From Lytechinus pictus (lineage: Eukaryota): a stretch of 64,000 nucleotides of DNA. The position numbers and the translations under genes are program-made. Position 1 is the first letter of the stretch. Each line of letters begins with the position of its first letter. Below are positions 26,033-39,910 of this stretch, one piece after another. The DNA lies in assembly GCF_037042905.1 (NCBI RefSeq), contig NC_087252.1, positions 10,170,001-10,234,000 of the forward strand, given 5' to 3'. The notes below the pieces were generated by a model, which was given only the letters and a program-made list of their open reading frames with translations, had not been told where the DNA came from and made no database searches.

Positions 26033-26919
26033 CTATAGTGATCAAGATCGGACGATTAGAATATTCTTATGAAACGAAAGCAATATCAACTTGAGGATAT
26101 TTGCGCCACAAAAGTAGAACAGTTTTAACGCTCAAACCCAACACCCATGCTGGTTGATTCGAACATGGACCTACTGATTGGAACAAATACAAAAATAGCA
26201 AATACAACATTGTATATTAAACCAAATTTGCAAAGCTATATAAAACAAAGTGTACATAGTTATCAACGCTTTGTTCATTCTTGCAAACCGTTTGCAAAAT
26301 AAATAACGGTTATTATTATGCACATCCTCGTCAGTATGTCAAATAATAAGAGAGCCAATAATATAACACTGATACCTCATCAAAAATGTATATTCTTTTT
26401 ATATTCTTATACTGACCTGGATGGAGGTAAAGGGGGAAGGAAGACCTGTGGGTCATGGTAAATAAGTTAACCTTTTCCAAACCCAGGCAGCCCCTTCATC
26501 TCTATTCCAAGTATGTCACGTATATCATATTGTTTATGTAATTTGTATTGTACTGTAATTCATGTATTCTGAAATGCCGAATAAATAATAATAATGATAT
26601 TCACCTTCAGGTTTTATTGAATTTTTGATTGACATTGCTGGATTATCATCAACATTAATATTATGGAACAAACCCACAAATTATGATAAAGGCAGTATTA
26701 TACAGTTCTTAGATTGAAAAACCTAATAAGGTGTTGCTTATGACGTCGCTCTTTACCGTTCCTCTATTCTAAATGTGATTTTAAAAAGCTGGCAGGAAAG
26801 AGGGAACATGAACAAGCCTTATTTTGTTTTCATTAAAGCGTATCTTTAGTTTGGTAATTAACCCAAAGTACATATCTCTTTTCCAGTTTATTAATAGATT
26901 ATACTTGTGAACGCATGTG

Positions 26920-27158
26920 CACTGTAAAAACTGTGGTGTTAAAACTGACACCAATTGGTATTAATAGAGGACCACACCCTGAGGTGTTAAAATAACACCC
27001 TAGAGATTGAACATAACACCAAAGAGTGTAAATGTAACAACCATAGGTGTTGTAATAACACCTATAGGTGTAAAACTAACACCACCAATTTAACACTGGT
27101 GTAAAATAACTGGTGTGGTCCTCTATGTACACCGGTTAACACCACAGTTTTTGCTGTG
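26920..27158. mobile_element. CAC-terminated MITE with internal AACACC repeats
   Basis: TIRs CACTGTAAAAACTGTGGTGTTAA / TTAACACCACAGTTTTTGCTGTG, with TG on both sides. Confidence 0.7.
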
Positions 27159-27277
27159 TGCGAAAAGGGTTTCCTTTATGAAGGACACAAAGTTAGAAAA
27201 AAATAATGATAATGTCACTGTAACTTACGTGTATATTTAGAGCGAGAGAGAGAAAGATATATACAAATATATATATA

Positions 27278-29337
27278 CACAACAAAAAAGTAAGTCCCCC
27301 TAAATCAAATTGATGTAACTTTTGAACGGAATTATTTTGAGATATTTCGTAGGTGGTTTTCTACACTCATTAAGCAACTCCTAGGGAAAATGAGATTGAT
27401 CGGTTGAGTCATGCATGAGTAATCAAAGATTGAATTAAAAATGACAATTTTTAAAGTCACAAGAGTCGTTTTTCAGATTGTGCAAATACAAAGTTGTTGT
27501 TAGGTGAATTTTATGGCGTTAAAGCTGTTTTACTATCCATCATTTAGCCACTCCACACATAATTTTGATATCGTATGTTCATGGTTGAGTGAGCACAATA
27601 TTGCAGGGGCTGCAGAATCGGGGGGGGGGGCTAGGGGCCCCCACTTTTTTCCAAAAGCATGTACAAAAATGTAGAAATGACTATACGATTGTGATTTTTT
27701 TGCATGGTCAGCCCCCCACCCCCACTTTTAGCTAAGCCCCTCCACCACACTTTGAAAACCGTTCCGCGGCCCCTGTATTGTGACGTATCATCAAAGGGGT
27801 TTTTTGGTAGTATTTTCTACAACTTGTTAGGTCATATTAAAATTTGAAAATGTTGGTGTCTCCCCCGACTATAGGCCCCTCCCCCATTTTTAAATTCTGG
27901 ATCCACCCCTGATTTGTCCATAAATTAAACTGATCATGAGAAATTGTTAGGAAAATAATACAGTATAAAGAGTATTCATTCCTAAGTTTTCGAATGTGCT
28001 CGCTCAACCATGAAAGTGTTAAAAGTTCGGAAAGTGTGCGGTGATAGAAATGATGGATGATAAGAACAACAGCAATTAAAGTCACATTTAAAACCGAATT
28101 TGCCCCCAATATTCACCTTATTACCCTTTAAAATGAGTCTGTGACAATGAAAATACCAATTTTCCCACTTTGATGCGTGCTCACTCATCCATAAATAAAC
28201 AAATCGATTTCATTTTTGCACAGAATTCTGCCCATAGGTTGATAAACATTACTGCCAAATGACATTGGTAAAGACAGCCTTGAAAAAAGTTCCACCATAT
28301 TGAATAAGGGGCTACTTATTCTTAAACATATGCACCCATAATGTACACAATTCTATGAAAGAGGAAGTCAATATTTTAACAAATATGAAATAAGGGTTTG
28401 TTTCATGGACGGTTTTGGTTACTTCTGCCAATAGTTATTTCATGAAACTTCGCACATGGCTTCACAGTAACATCATCCAAAAGGCGCGCGCACCAAAATA
28501 ACAATTCGAAACGACACAGAGTGGGGCCAAGGACTTGAAATTTCTTCTCATTTGCATAATTTTCGAATATTGTGTGCTCACTGATGCATTAAACATCGGG
28601 ATTTTCATAAAAATCAAATCAAATGAACCATGCAAGGAGGTTTGTGACAGATATCAATAGTTACAAATTGCATTTTTTCCAATAACGTAAAATAGAGCTA
28701 ATCACATTCCACATGTTCATTCAAGCGTGAATGTTTAATTAAACGCCTTTGAATCATTGAAGCATGTTAATTGGTCATGATCATAACAAAAAAGTTGATA
28801 AAAGATCAGTTTCAGTAACCAAAATGAAACAATACTTGCCTATGATTTTTGAAAATCACATTTTTGTTTTCAATAAATGTTCATTGAACCGTGAAACGAT
28901 GAATATTTTTGAAGATACTCTTCCCCCAAAAAACTGTTATCATATTTTATCATTTTTATTGATAAAAATGTGTAAAAATCCAATTATAGCCAATTTGGAC
29001 TTGTGTTTATTCAACCGTGAAATTTAGCAAAAAAGTAGTATCGTCTTTTAGAAAGTACCTTTTACAAGCCTTCTGACTATTTTTCCTGATGAGAATGTGG
29101 AATCAGTTCCAATAAAATGGAATCAAAGTTATGATATTTGGCTTGTGACTTTTGAAAAGTGACAGTTTTGCCTTCTGACGGTGCTCACTGAAGCATGATG
29201 TAAAATACGTCCATAACATTTACTCAGATGGTAGCTTATAACATTACCTACAAGCATATGTAAAAATATATAAAAACTCGCATTGGTTCGGAAATTATTG
29301 ATGTTTGTTTAAGGGGGGACTTACTTTTTGTGTTGTG
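27278..29337. mobile_element. About 2.06-kb non-autonomous TIR element in (TA)n, copy 1
   Basis: TIRs CACAACAAAAAAGTAAGTCCCCCT / GGGGGGACTTACTTTTTGTGTTGTG. Full-length inverted homolog at 55365-57436. Confidence 0.85.
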
Positions 29338-30220
29338 TATATATATATAGAGAGAGAGAGGGAGAGGGGGGAGATGAAAATGTGAGCTGGATGCAACTGT
29401 TGTATATCACTATTTTGTAGTAAAACTTTACGAGTCATTTAAAACTAGGGCATAGTAAGAACTATGACTAGTCATATCAGCTACACAGCTGATTTTGTTA
29501 TTTTGACCATTTTATTTTAAGAGTCCATGTTCACTTTTAGAGAAATTGACACAACATGATTTTTAGAACCAGTTACTCATAAAAAGACATTTTTCGCAAA
29601 TTTTGCGTTCATTTTTATTTTCGTAAAAGTTTTGTTCATCCACGATTTGCATCTACGCATACTCTCTTGGAATTTATTGGATTTATCATAAATGCAAATG
29701 AATTAGGAAATAAAAGATCTTCAACTCATATTGAAGTCATTTGATTTTGAATTCCATTTTAAAACTTTGCAATCGTTTTCTGATATGAAAGTCTACAATT
29801 AAAATTGTTTATTGATAGCAAATATGTATTCCTAAATTCTAAGAAATTACACATCTGAAAAATTATCATTAAAAAGAAAAATTAGTTTATTTACATAACT
29901 CGAAATAACACTATTTAACAGGTCTAATAACTAAAAGAATTATTTACCTACCCGAGTAGGGTAATAAAGTTATGGATAACAAGAAAAAAAACACCAATAA
30001 AAGTTAAAGTAACATGTGCCATTCATGAAATAACGTCAATCTCCGATTATATATGCCAACATATGTACAGTAGACAATACAAAGCAAATATTGGTGCCTT
30101 CCATGACGAATTCAAAAAGTAACATCGGAAGATTCTTGTACAGACCATTAGTTGTGTTGATATGCACGATTGCCTACAATCATTAGAATGAACTGATAAA
30201 ATAATTTGATAGAAACTTAC

Positions 30221-30275
30221 CTCTGTAAGAGACCGAAAGTATCATGACTAAAACTGCCAAAGGTGTCGGAAGCAT
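30221..30275 (-). CDS. Ly6/uPAR protein A, coding exon 1 (signal peptide)
   Basis: MLPTPLAVLVMILSVSYR-G followed by GTAAGT donor. Phase 1 joins exon 2 in frame; spliced product is 178 aa with 10 Cys. Confidence 0.8.
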
Positions 30276-32929
30276 CTGTTTAATATAATAAAATATTTGA
30301 TTAAAAACTGAAATTTTGATATTTCCATTTTCCATTCCATTCCATTCAACTATCTGCTTCATGCTTTGTTAGATAAATACAACAATGAAGGAAATTCCAA
30401 TGCTGTGAGTCCTGAATGGCCCAAATTTTTGCACTAAACCAGGCAAGAAATTTTGGCTGCGGGTGACAATTTCTGATCTCCTGCTAGTTTATGCTATATA
30501 ATTATAACTACTGGTATCTCTAACATGGCTACACTAAACAAATTCGAATGTTGAATCAGCATTTGGAAGATTGGGGGAGTAGCGGCCTTTTCCAAAAGTT
30601 ACATCCAACCTTGTATAAAGCTGAATCCAACATTTTAAATGTTGGGTAGAACCATTTAAAGTGGTAAATGCTACATTTGAAAAATGTTGTCGCTCCTCCG
30701 GCCATTCAGAAGTTGAGTTGGCATTTCTGTTTTTTTAGAGTGTAAATTCCACCTTTCACTGTACTTGCACATTGATATCGTGTACGTAGGTTTCCTTGCT
30801 TCTGAGTGCGACAAATTATGATATATTTTTTATGAACAGCTGGATATGTATAATTACTTGTAAAACAAAATTTTAATTGTGCTCATGACTTTTGTCTATA
30901 TGGCAACACATTGGTTTTGGTAAGCCTTGAACATAAATTTTGGCTTTAATAGACGTCACGACATTATTCTTTCCACTTCATATAGTGAAACATCTGAACC
31001 TCGTCGTAAATCTTAAATGTACAAGTTATATGATTTTTTTTTCTTTTCTCCCTTTTACATAAAATTCAACTTATGTTAAGTAATAATTCAACGTTTCTAT
31101 ATTGATTATTTGGTATAGCATGGTTCATTCATTTCTGGGCTATTTTATAATATTTCGATAATTATAAAGTCTCGCTCACCAAAGTTAATTCAATTTCTTA
31201 TTTTAATAAGTAATCTCTTGGTGATTTTGGTCACCTATCTGTTTCATGCTTTGTTAGATAAATACAACAATGAAGGAAATTCCATTGCTGTGAGTCCTGA
31301 ATGGCACAGATAGTTCAACGCTCCTAATTTGTTTTTACATTCAATTCGACATCTCTTCTAGCTACCCGGCCAGGCCGAACAGGTGCGGGACCGGAGGCGA
31401 ACTACGTCACACGTGATTATGTTATGTATTGCAGACGCCACTGCCCTCTCCGGTATGGGTATCAATGTCGGAGGATTTCCCGCGCTAATTTTCCCGCGCA
31501 AATTTCCCGCGCGAATTAGCCGAATTAATCTCCTTGGAGGCGTCAGTCTCCCGTCACGCTTGCACGGCCTGATTTAAAACAGTCACTGCATAATTCAATG
31601 TGTCAATAATGGTACCACCTTGCACCGATTAGTTACGATACAAATGTTTTCTCGTAATTAACCTAAAATCTCGATCTTTTCCTTTCTTTTTATGCAAATA
31701 CACTGTCCCGATATTCGTATGAGGAATTTGCTTTGATTCACGCCTCAAACTGGCGCCATTTGGTTAGATAAGTCATTTGTCTACATGATAAAGGAGGGAC
31801 TCTTACAAATAACTCAATTAACGCTAAATAGATCAGTGCGTTCATACCATGACCATTATGAACCAGGGTCTTCATGCTGTTAGTATATTGCTCTATTCAC
31901 ATTATTTGTATTAACTTTTCTCTCCTTCCCACATATTTTGCCCTCAGGCTCATACCAATCTGGAATTCGTTCAGGATTCTTTTTTACAATATATTAGGGA
32001 CGGGTCCAAGAGATTAACACCATTACATTTCATACATTTACTGGTTATTTTATGATCCTTTTGAAGCTATTCTTTCTAAACGCTCCTATCATAAAGGAAT
32101 TGATTTCGAGCCCAATGTGCAGAAGACTTTAATCATCCTTAATAATAATAATAGAGGGTAGCCTCCATACGATCCCTCGCATCACTGCAACCTTGTTATT
32201 ACGCATAGTACTTCATACATTCACTCTGGGTCATGACCCATCATGGTCGTTTGGTTCTCGCTTTCCAAATAAATTAGACATTGAGAACTAGTCGACCCTG
32301 TTGGGTCGTAACCTGTAGTTTATTGTTCTATCAAATCTGCTAATTCCTTCTCAATGAAGTCTTCAACGATTATACAAATCGCTCATCCATCCATCCTCCG
32401 CTGACACCCGACTGTGTGTACACAGTACCCATCAAAACAGCATCTTATCAGTGTGGGTAAGCTTTTTCACACATGATTCCATACTCTGTATAAGTAATGC
32501 TAGAACCAAAATATACACAAATGTTACTTTAATTTCATGGAGATACATTTTGATTATTTAAATGCAAAGCCTTTTTCCACTTTATCCATTTACATCTGAC
32601 CTTAACTTTGTTTTCAAAGTCAGAGTTCTTATTTTTCCATTTTCTTAAGATATGATTAAACACTTTGCTATTGAATGCGTATGATTTATATTAATTAATT
32701 TCTGCTCCATACTTATAACAGGGTGTAATTTAAAAAAAATATACATTTTCGTTTTGTGAAATCGGGTTCTCGCTTGAACCTCCCTTACATGATACGGGGC
32801 TCACAGGCCTAATTCATTTCCCATAGACTCGTGTGTTAAAGTGGCACTTGAAAATAATTTATAAAAAATAAGGAGGAAATTCGAGGGTTGAATGTTTACT
32901 ACCAGTGGATAGGATAAATGTCTGACAAA

Positions 32930-33260
32930 ATTCCATATCTGACCAGAAAAGGGTACCTCGACCGGCTCATTTAAAAAATAAATCAGCATTTACGAAGACT
33001 ACACCTGACGGGACCAAATTCATCACTTCGGAGAGTAAAATGACCCTAATTCTTCCGCCAGTAAAAATATAGTTCCATACGTGGTGAAATATCTTTCCAA
33101 TTTGGAAAAAGTAAGTTCAGTAGGTACCCTCCCTAGAATCAGTGTTAGGTTGTCAGTCATATTCATTCATTTTTGTCAATCAGCAATATCAAATTAAAAA
33201 AATTGAGCAATGGGTTGGCTCGAATGAATATCTTTTGCCTGCCAGTTGTAATTAGGCCCG
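32930..33260 (+). repeat. Dispersed repeat with a direct homolog at about 40705-41030
   Basis: Shared CTGACCAGAAAAGGG...CTGACGGGA.CAAATTCATCAC...GTTCAGTAG blocks. Confidence 0.65.
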
Positions 33261-35023
33261 TGCAACCTACGTCATTTTCATTTACCATTATTTTGCTCTC
33301 TACTGCCCTCTACATGTGCCTTCGTGGGCTCAAGAAACGGACAATGCACATGCTCAAAACTGCGGCTTGTTCACCCTTCAATACACAATAAGCGGATTTC
33401 CTTTGCCTCTTCTCTCATCATGCTCATAGGTTCCTTGAACCGCCTTTGTGTATCGTGCTTTGTATGTTGTAAGTTCCCTTTCTGTTCGTTTTTGCTTCAG
33501 TACCTCTTCTCATTCATGCACGTGACTGTTGTTTATCTGTTCCTGACCGGGTCTTGTATTTCAGATTTCACTGTTCCTGTTATAGACATTTAAATGTCAT
33601 CTAAAAAAAAAATGCCTTTTCTGATTTTTCTTTAATAATAATAATAATAATACAGGGTATTTATATTGCGCACATATCCACCTTGTTAGGTGCTCAAGGC
33701 GCTCCTATATTACCCGGCTAAGCTAGGCGTTCATAGCGCAATATGGCAAATTCGGTAGATACACCATTCAATTCAATTAACGATGATGACTTTCTTGACC
33801 TGTTTAGACCACCATTAGTAGAAAGTGAATCAAACATAAATCTTTATGTTACTTCCTTTGAAAATCATGTTACAGACAAATTTAATTCATCGTCAAAAGA
33901 GTTGAATTATGATTTTGACACTGATAACCAATTTCAAAGTCCATGTTTTGAATACGTCACCCATAACCAGATTAATGATGTTGTTTTAATAAGGAATTTG
34001 ATAACTCCTCTTTTTCTCTTATACACCTTAATATTAGGAGCATTAACAAACACTTTGAATTACGGTTACTTTTAAATAATCCCACCATGCAAACATTTTC
34101 AGTAGTAGGTTTAACCGAAACATGGCTTCCTCATGATTCAAGCCTTCAATTCGCTCTCGATGGATATGATCTTTTAGTTAACAACATACAAAATAGGGTG
34201 GGTGGGGGCGTTGCATTATATGTTTCACAATCTTATGATTATGTAGTTCGAGACGAGCTTAACAGCATGACTGATACAATTGAATCTCTTTTTATTGAAA
34301 TTACTATCCCTAACAGCAAAAACATTATCATAGGTGTTATATACAGGCCTCCGAGTTCGAATATCAAATCATTTCTAGATCATCTCTCAGACTTGGTTAA
34401 AAATCAAATTTTTGATAGTAAAAATTGCTTTATAATGGGCGATTTTAATATTGATTTATTAAAACAAAATAATGTCATACAAGATTTTTTTGAAATATTT
34501 TTATCCGCTTCTTTATACTTACCTTTAATATCTAAACCCACACGAATAGTCAATGAATCCGCTTCTCTTATTGATAATATTTTCCGTAACGTTCTTCCCC
34601 CTCCCGATTCCTTCATATTACTCTCTGATATCACTGATCACTTCCCTGTCTCGACTAATTTCTCTTTAAAAGACATATTCAATAACATATATAGCCGTCC
34701 ATTAAAACGAAGAATAACACACGAAAATATAGCTCGTCTGGGTGTTAGTTTAGACGATGTTGATTGGTCATGTGTCTTTGATAATAATGACGTTAACTTG
34801 TCCTTTGAAAATTTTATGAACATTTTTAATTTACACTTTGACACTCATATTCCAAAACTTAGAGATAAGACATCTAACTACAAAAAAATCACCGAAGCTC
34901 CCATGGATTTCTAAATCGCTCTTGCGTTCGATAAATAGGAAGAATAATTTATATTATAAATACAAAATGAAACGCTCTGAGCAATCAAAACTTAAATATA
35001 CTCGTTACAAAAATACATTGACA

Positions 35024-35430
35024 AACATGTATTCCATGCAATTAACGGCTCTGCTCCACAGTACAATATTAATCTAATCAGCAAATACACTCCAGTCAGG
35101 TCCCTACGTTCATCAAACTCTGGTTACCTAGTTATTCCTAAATCCGTTAGGACATGGGGGGTGGGTTCGGGCTTTTGCTCACGCTGGCCCTGTTCTATGG
35201 AATGATCTTCCCCTGACAATTCGTGAATGCACGTCCATTGATACATTTAAACGTTACCTTAAGACTCGTCTATTCAATGCCTATTACTCTTAATTGTTCC
35301 TGAATCTATTACTATTTTATTTGTACCTGTTCTCTTTCGTTCTTTCTTCTTTCACTGGGCCTTGGGCACTCTGCCGAATGGATTTGGCGCATTACAAATC
35401 ACATATATTATTATTATTATTATTATTATC
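35024..35430 (+). mobile_element. L2 3' fragment nested in the CR1-type LINE
   Basis: APQY...YTPVRSLRSS...RAFAHAGPVLWNDLP...FKRYLKTRLF plus (TTA)n tail. The host ORF resumes afterwards. Confidence 0.8.
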
Positions 35431-36175
35431 ATTAAATTATACGTTTAGAAAAAAAAAAATATTTTACTAATCAGTTACAACTTTACAAGCGTGATATGTA
35501 AAATACATGGAAAGTTTTAAAACAAGCAATGAATATATCAAATAACAAATTTAATATTACAAAAATTAGATCTGGCGATGTTATTTTTGAGGATTCTTAC
35601 CAAATTTGTAGTATCCTGAATAATCACTTTTCTTCAATTGGGGAAAATCGTGCAAGTACTATTTCTTCCGCAACAAAACACTTTTCTGAATTTTTAGGCC
35701 CTCCAAATACTAGTTCAATGTTTCTCGCTCCAACTAATAAACAGGAGATAATTTGTTTCTGATTTTAGTTCTTAAAAAAGTACAGGACATAATGACATCA
35801 ATAATTTTCTTCTTAAGGGGGTAATATCGTCAATTTCGGATCCCCTAACTCATTTATTCAATCTGTCACTTCTTACCGGCATTGTTCCCGAGAGCATGAA
35901 AATTGCAAAAGTCATTCCCTTGTTTAAAAAGGGTAATAAATTAGATGTTACTAATCACCGCCCAATTTCTTTGTTATCTTCATTGTCGAAAATACTTGAA
36001 AAGATTATTTATAAAAGAACTGTAAATTTGTTTAAATCAAATAATATTCTTTCAAATTCCCAATATTGAATTTCATTGAAAAAGCGGCACATTCAATCGA
36101 TAAAACTTCTCATTTAATTTTTTTCCTGGACTTTTCCAAGGCCTTCGACATCATTAATCATGATATTTTACTTAA

Positions 36176-37040
36176 AGACCCTGACCGGTGTAAAAACAAT
36201 GATATATCAAAATAAAGGTAATGATTCATACAATACAAATATACCAACAATATTACATATATCTCCTTCCAATAGTTAAAAATATTAAATAAAAATCAAA
36301 GAAACTGCTCCTCCAAAGTACGCTTCGATTGAGCACCCCCACGTCGCCTGGAAATGATGACGTCACGTTGTGTCAGGAGGGTTGTGATTACATAGGTTTG
36401 TGTACAAAAGCATTGGGTATTTTCTTCCATTTCGATGTCATGAATCCATTTTTTTTTCGTTTTCAGATGAAAATGGCACTCAAAATTATTCACTGTTCAA
36501 ATTGTTGTAAACCTATAACTATTCACTATCTTTTTTGTGATTTCTTTGTTTGGCTCTTATTGGGCCTAAATTGCTATGTCAGGAAAAGTTATTATACATA
36601 ATCTAAATGCAGATAGAATTGAAATCTACGCCAAATAAGCAGGGAATAAAATATGGCAAAAACTAGTTCAAAACTGTAGATTTCATAAATTTAAGCTTGT
36701 GGGTAAAAATATACGTGATATCCCTCTGTGATAGAAGTGAAGAGAATGAAATGCGTTATCTGGAAAGCAAAAAAATCACCCAGTTTTTCTGTGTACAAAC
36801 CTATGGAATCACGACGCTTCTTACACAACGTGACGTCACGGTCTCGAGGCAGGTGAAAAGCACAGTAAAGCCTATTTTCTCAGCGGGGTTCGAAGCCCGA
36901 TAATTGGAATATTCTTAACCAAAATACTCAGCTGGGAAGCGGTTAAAATGCATAAAGCATACCTTGCTGTATTTAGTAGCTTATAAGCTTTCGATTGGTA
37001 TATAATTTGTCAATTTCATTTTCGGGTCCGGTCTGGATCT
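36176..37040. mobile_element. 865-bp non-autonomous Kolobok-type element
   Basis: TTAA TSD (36172-36175 / 37041-37044), TIRs AGACCCTGACCGG / CCGGTCTGGATCT. Removing it restores the RT reading HDILLNKL. Confidence 0.85.
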
Positions 37041-39809
37041 TTAACAAATTACATCATTGTGCGTGGGAATGCCTTGGAGTGGTTCAGGAGCTACCTCTTG
37101 AATAGGAAGCAATATGTATTTTTAAACGGTTGCAATTCTCAAATGAAAAATAATTAATTGTGGAGTTCCCAAGGGTAGTCTTTTAGCCCCGATTTCGTTT
37201 ATAGTTTATATTAATGATTTTTGTAGATCATCAGATGTTCTTTCTTTCATTTTCTTTGCAGACGACTCTAACTTATTTTTTCACATAAAAATCCTCTTCA
37301 CCTTGCTAATATAATCATCTCTGAACTAGAAAATGTCACCGAATGGGTAAGAGCAAATAAATTGTCACTAAATCTTCAATGTTGTTTAGCAACTCTATAA
37401 ATACACTTCCTGATGATATCATTTTCGATGAAACTCCCTTGGAAAATGTATCCCATATTAAGTTTCTTGGAATAACAGTCGATAATAAGCTCTCATGGAA
37501 ATTTCACCTAGATAACGTATGTAGAACTATTTCACGCAACATTGGTTTAATTAACAAGCTTAAATTTTGTTTACTATTATCGTCCCTGCTTACATTACAT
37601 TCATCCCTTATATTGCCTTATTTAAATTATGGAATTTTAGCGTGGGGTAATACACAACAAACACTCTTAGACAAATTACTCCTATTACAAAAGAAGTCTC
37701 TACGTATTATATGTCACACGGCATATTTGTCTCATACTGACCCATTATTTTTGGAACATAAAATATTGAAAATTAAAGACTTATATTAATTAAGACTTAT
37801 AATTAATCAAAGACTTATATCTATTCACAACTATCCAAAAAGGCGATTGGGTGAATTTCATTTACCACTTTTAAGAAATTTGCAGGCTCAGAACACATGT
37901 ATATATGATGGACCGAAGTTATGGAACTCACTTCATAATGATATAACAAATGCAAAATCTTTGAACTCTTTTAAGACTAAATTCAAATTATCTCTATTAA
38001 AACATTATAATATACTCCCAAATTTAATAAGTTTAATTCACCATCTCTGTCAAGTCATCATTATTACTTTAAAGACTACAATTAAAACATGAAATAATTA
38101 TTATCCTTTTCTATAAAAAAAATCTGACACAAGTCCTTCTCAGATGTGTTCATTATTGAACCTCATACATTACTGTGTCTATCCTTTCTATTTTCTCCTC
38201 CCCTGTCCGCTTATCCGCCTTCCTACCGGTTATTTGTTTACGGCATCAATCACATTTTTCGTGCATTGTATTCTTTCAGGTTATTTTATATTTTTTCTCC
38301 TTTTATACACATCATTGAATCCAGTTTGCTTGAGTCCACGACGGCATGTGTTCTATCTACGTACAGCAGCACCCATCCATCTTCTCAGGGCATTCTCCCC
38401 TTTTTTCTTCTCTTTTTCTGGGGGGCATGGGGTGGGGAAGGGTGTATATTTTTAAGACGGGTTGTTTTGTCCTTTATCAAACTATATATTTTTGATAACT
38501 TTGTATTTATTTTGTAAGTATTTCCCTCTCATGTATTTATTTTTTTCTCATTTGATTAACTGTTTTTATACTTTGTTATTTTGTTATGTTATATATTTTT
38601 TGAGGGGCCCACACAAGCATTGCTTTTTAGTGGGTCCCTCCATTTCCATCTTAATTTAATTTCTATTGAAAAATAGCATACATATTTTAAACCTACAATG
38701 TAATGCCCAAATTGTCTAAGTGTTTTTTCAGAACATATGTATCATTATTTTTTTTGCAACGGATACAAATATTTATGTTAATATATGGTATACATTTTGT
38801 TTTTGTTTGATGGAAGTGAAATGAATAAATTTGAATTTGAATTTGAATTTGATATGAATGTTAGGAAATCCCAAGCCCTGGACTTGTGCTTATCTTACAC
38901 TCATACCAGATTTCCCTCCCTTATTTAGAGCATTTCTGAGATGATTTAAGATTCAGAAATTATACACAAAATGAGTCTATGTATAAGAAACTATTTCCCA
39001 TATTTAACTCAATTTCACCAAAAATTGTACTTGGGCCGTTTTTTAATTCAGATACTCAAATACATGTCTTTAGGTTCACAGTTTCTGATAACAGATATCG
39101 CATCATGTTTGATATGGAAATTCCGATCTTTTCAAAAAAAAGAGAGAGAATTTGATTTGTGAATGTTGACACATTCAAGCATGCCTGAAACACCATGAAA
39201 AGAGATCTATCTAATGTAGACAATAGGACGTGCACAAAAGCATGGTTTGAACATTATCACCTGAATAGATAAAAACGCAACAGAGAGGTACGACACTATA
39301 TCAAAAGAATGGTGTAATCATAACTATAAAAAGCACATGCCGCCTACTGCATACTTCGAAACATGAAATGAAATACACTATGAACTTGAAGTTGCACTTT
39401 ATCAGATATTTACTTTTTTCAGATCGGACAAGATTATTAAACGGATAATGGCAGATCGTGTAACAGGAATTCGCTGAATTTCCCCTTTCGGCCAGTCATT
39501 TAATCTCAACAATTACACAATCGATGACTTATCATTACTTTTAAATGTCTATAAACTGAAAATAATGTTGGACATAAGATGAGGAAATTAACCCCCCAAA
39601 AAGAGTAAGCCTCTTGACAGCAAGCTAGTTCAGTCCATTCCTTTCCATTTTCTAGTCTTTTTTTTTATTCTCCCCTTTTCTTGATATTCTCGTTCTTATG
39701 CTGTTCTCGTTTTCCCTTTTCTTTTCTTTTCTTTTCTCTTTGCATTCTTCCCCTTCATTCTCTCTTCTGTTTTCACTTTTAAAGGCACATTTAGTTTTCT
39801 TCGTTTTAT

Positions 39810-39910
39810 TCTCTCTCTCCCTCTCACTCTCTCTCTCCCTCTCACTCTCTCTCTCTCCCTCTCACTCTCTCTCTCTCCCTCTCCCTCTGTCCCTATTCCT
39901 ATCTCCCTCC
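39810..39910. repeat. (CT)n-rich microsatellite
   Basis: Direct inspection. Confidence 0.9.

Larger units (their letters stand above)
33743..38852 (+). mobile_element. Degraded CR1/L2-group LINE ORF2 (APE endonuclease + RT) with two nested insertions
   Basis: GLTETWL, GGGVALYV, IYRPP, MGDFNIDLL, LIDNIF, TDHFPV (endonuclease); RPISLL, LDFSKAFD, GVPQG-like, FADD (37255). 3' AATAAA plus (TTTGAA)n tail. Confidence 0.9.
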
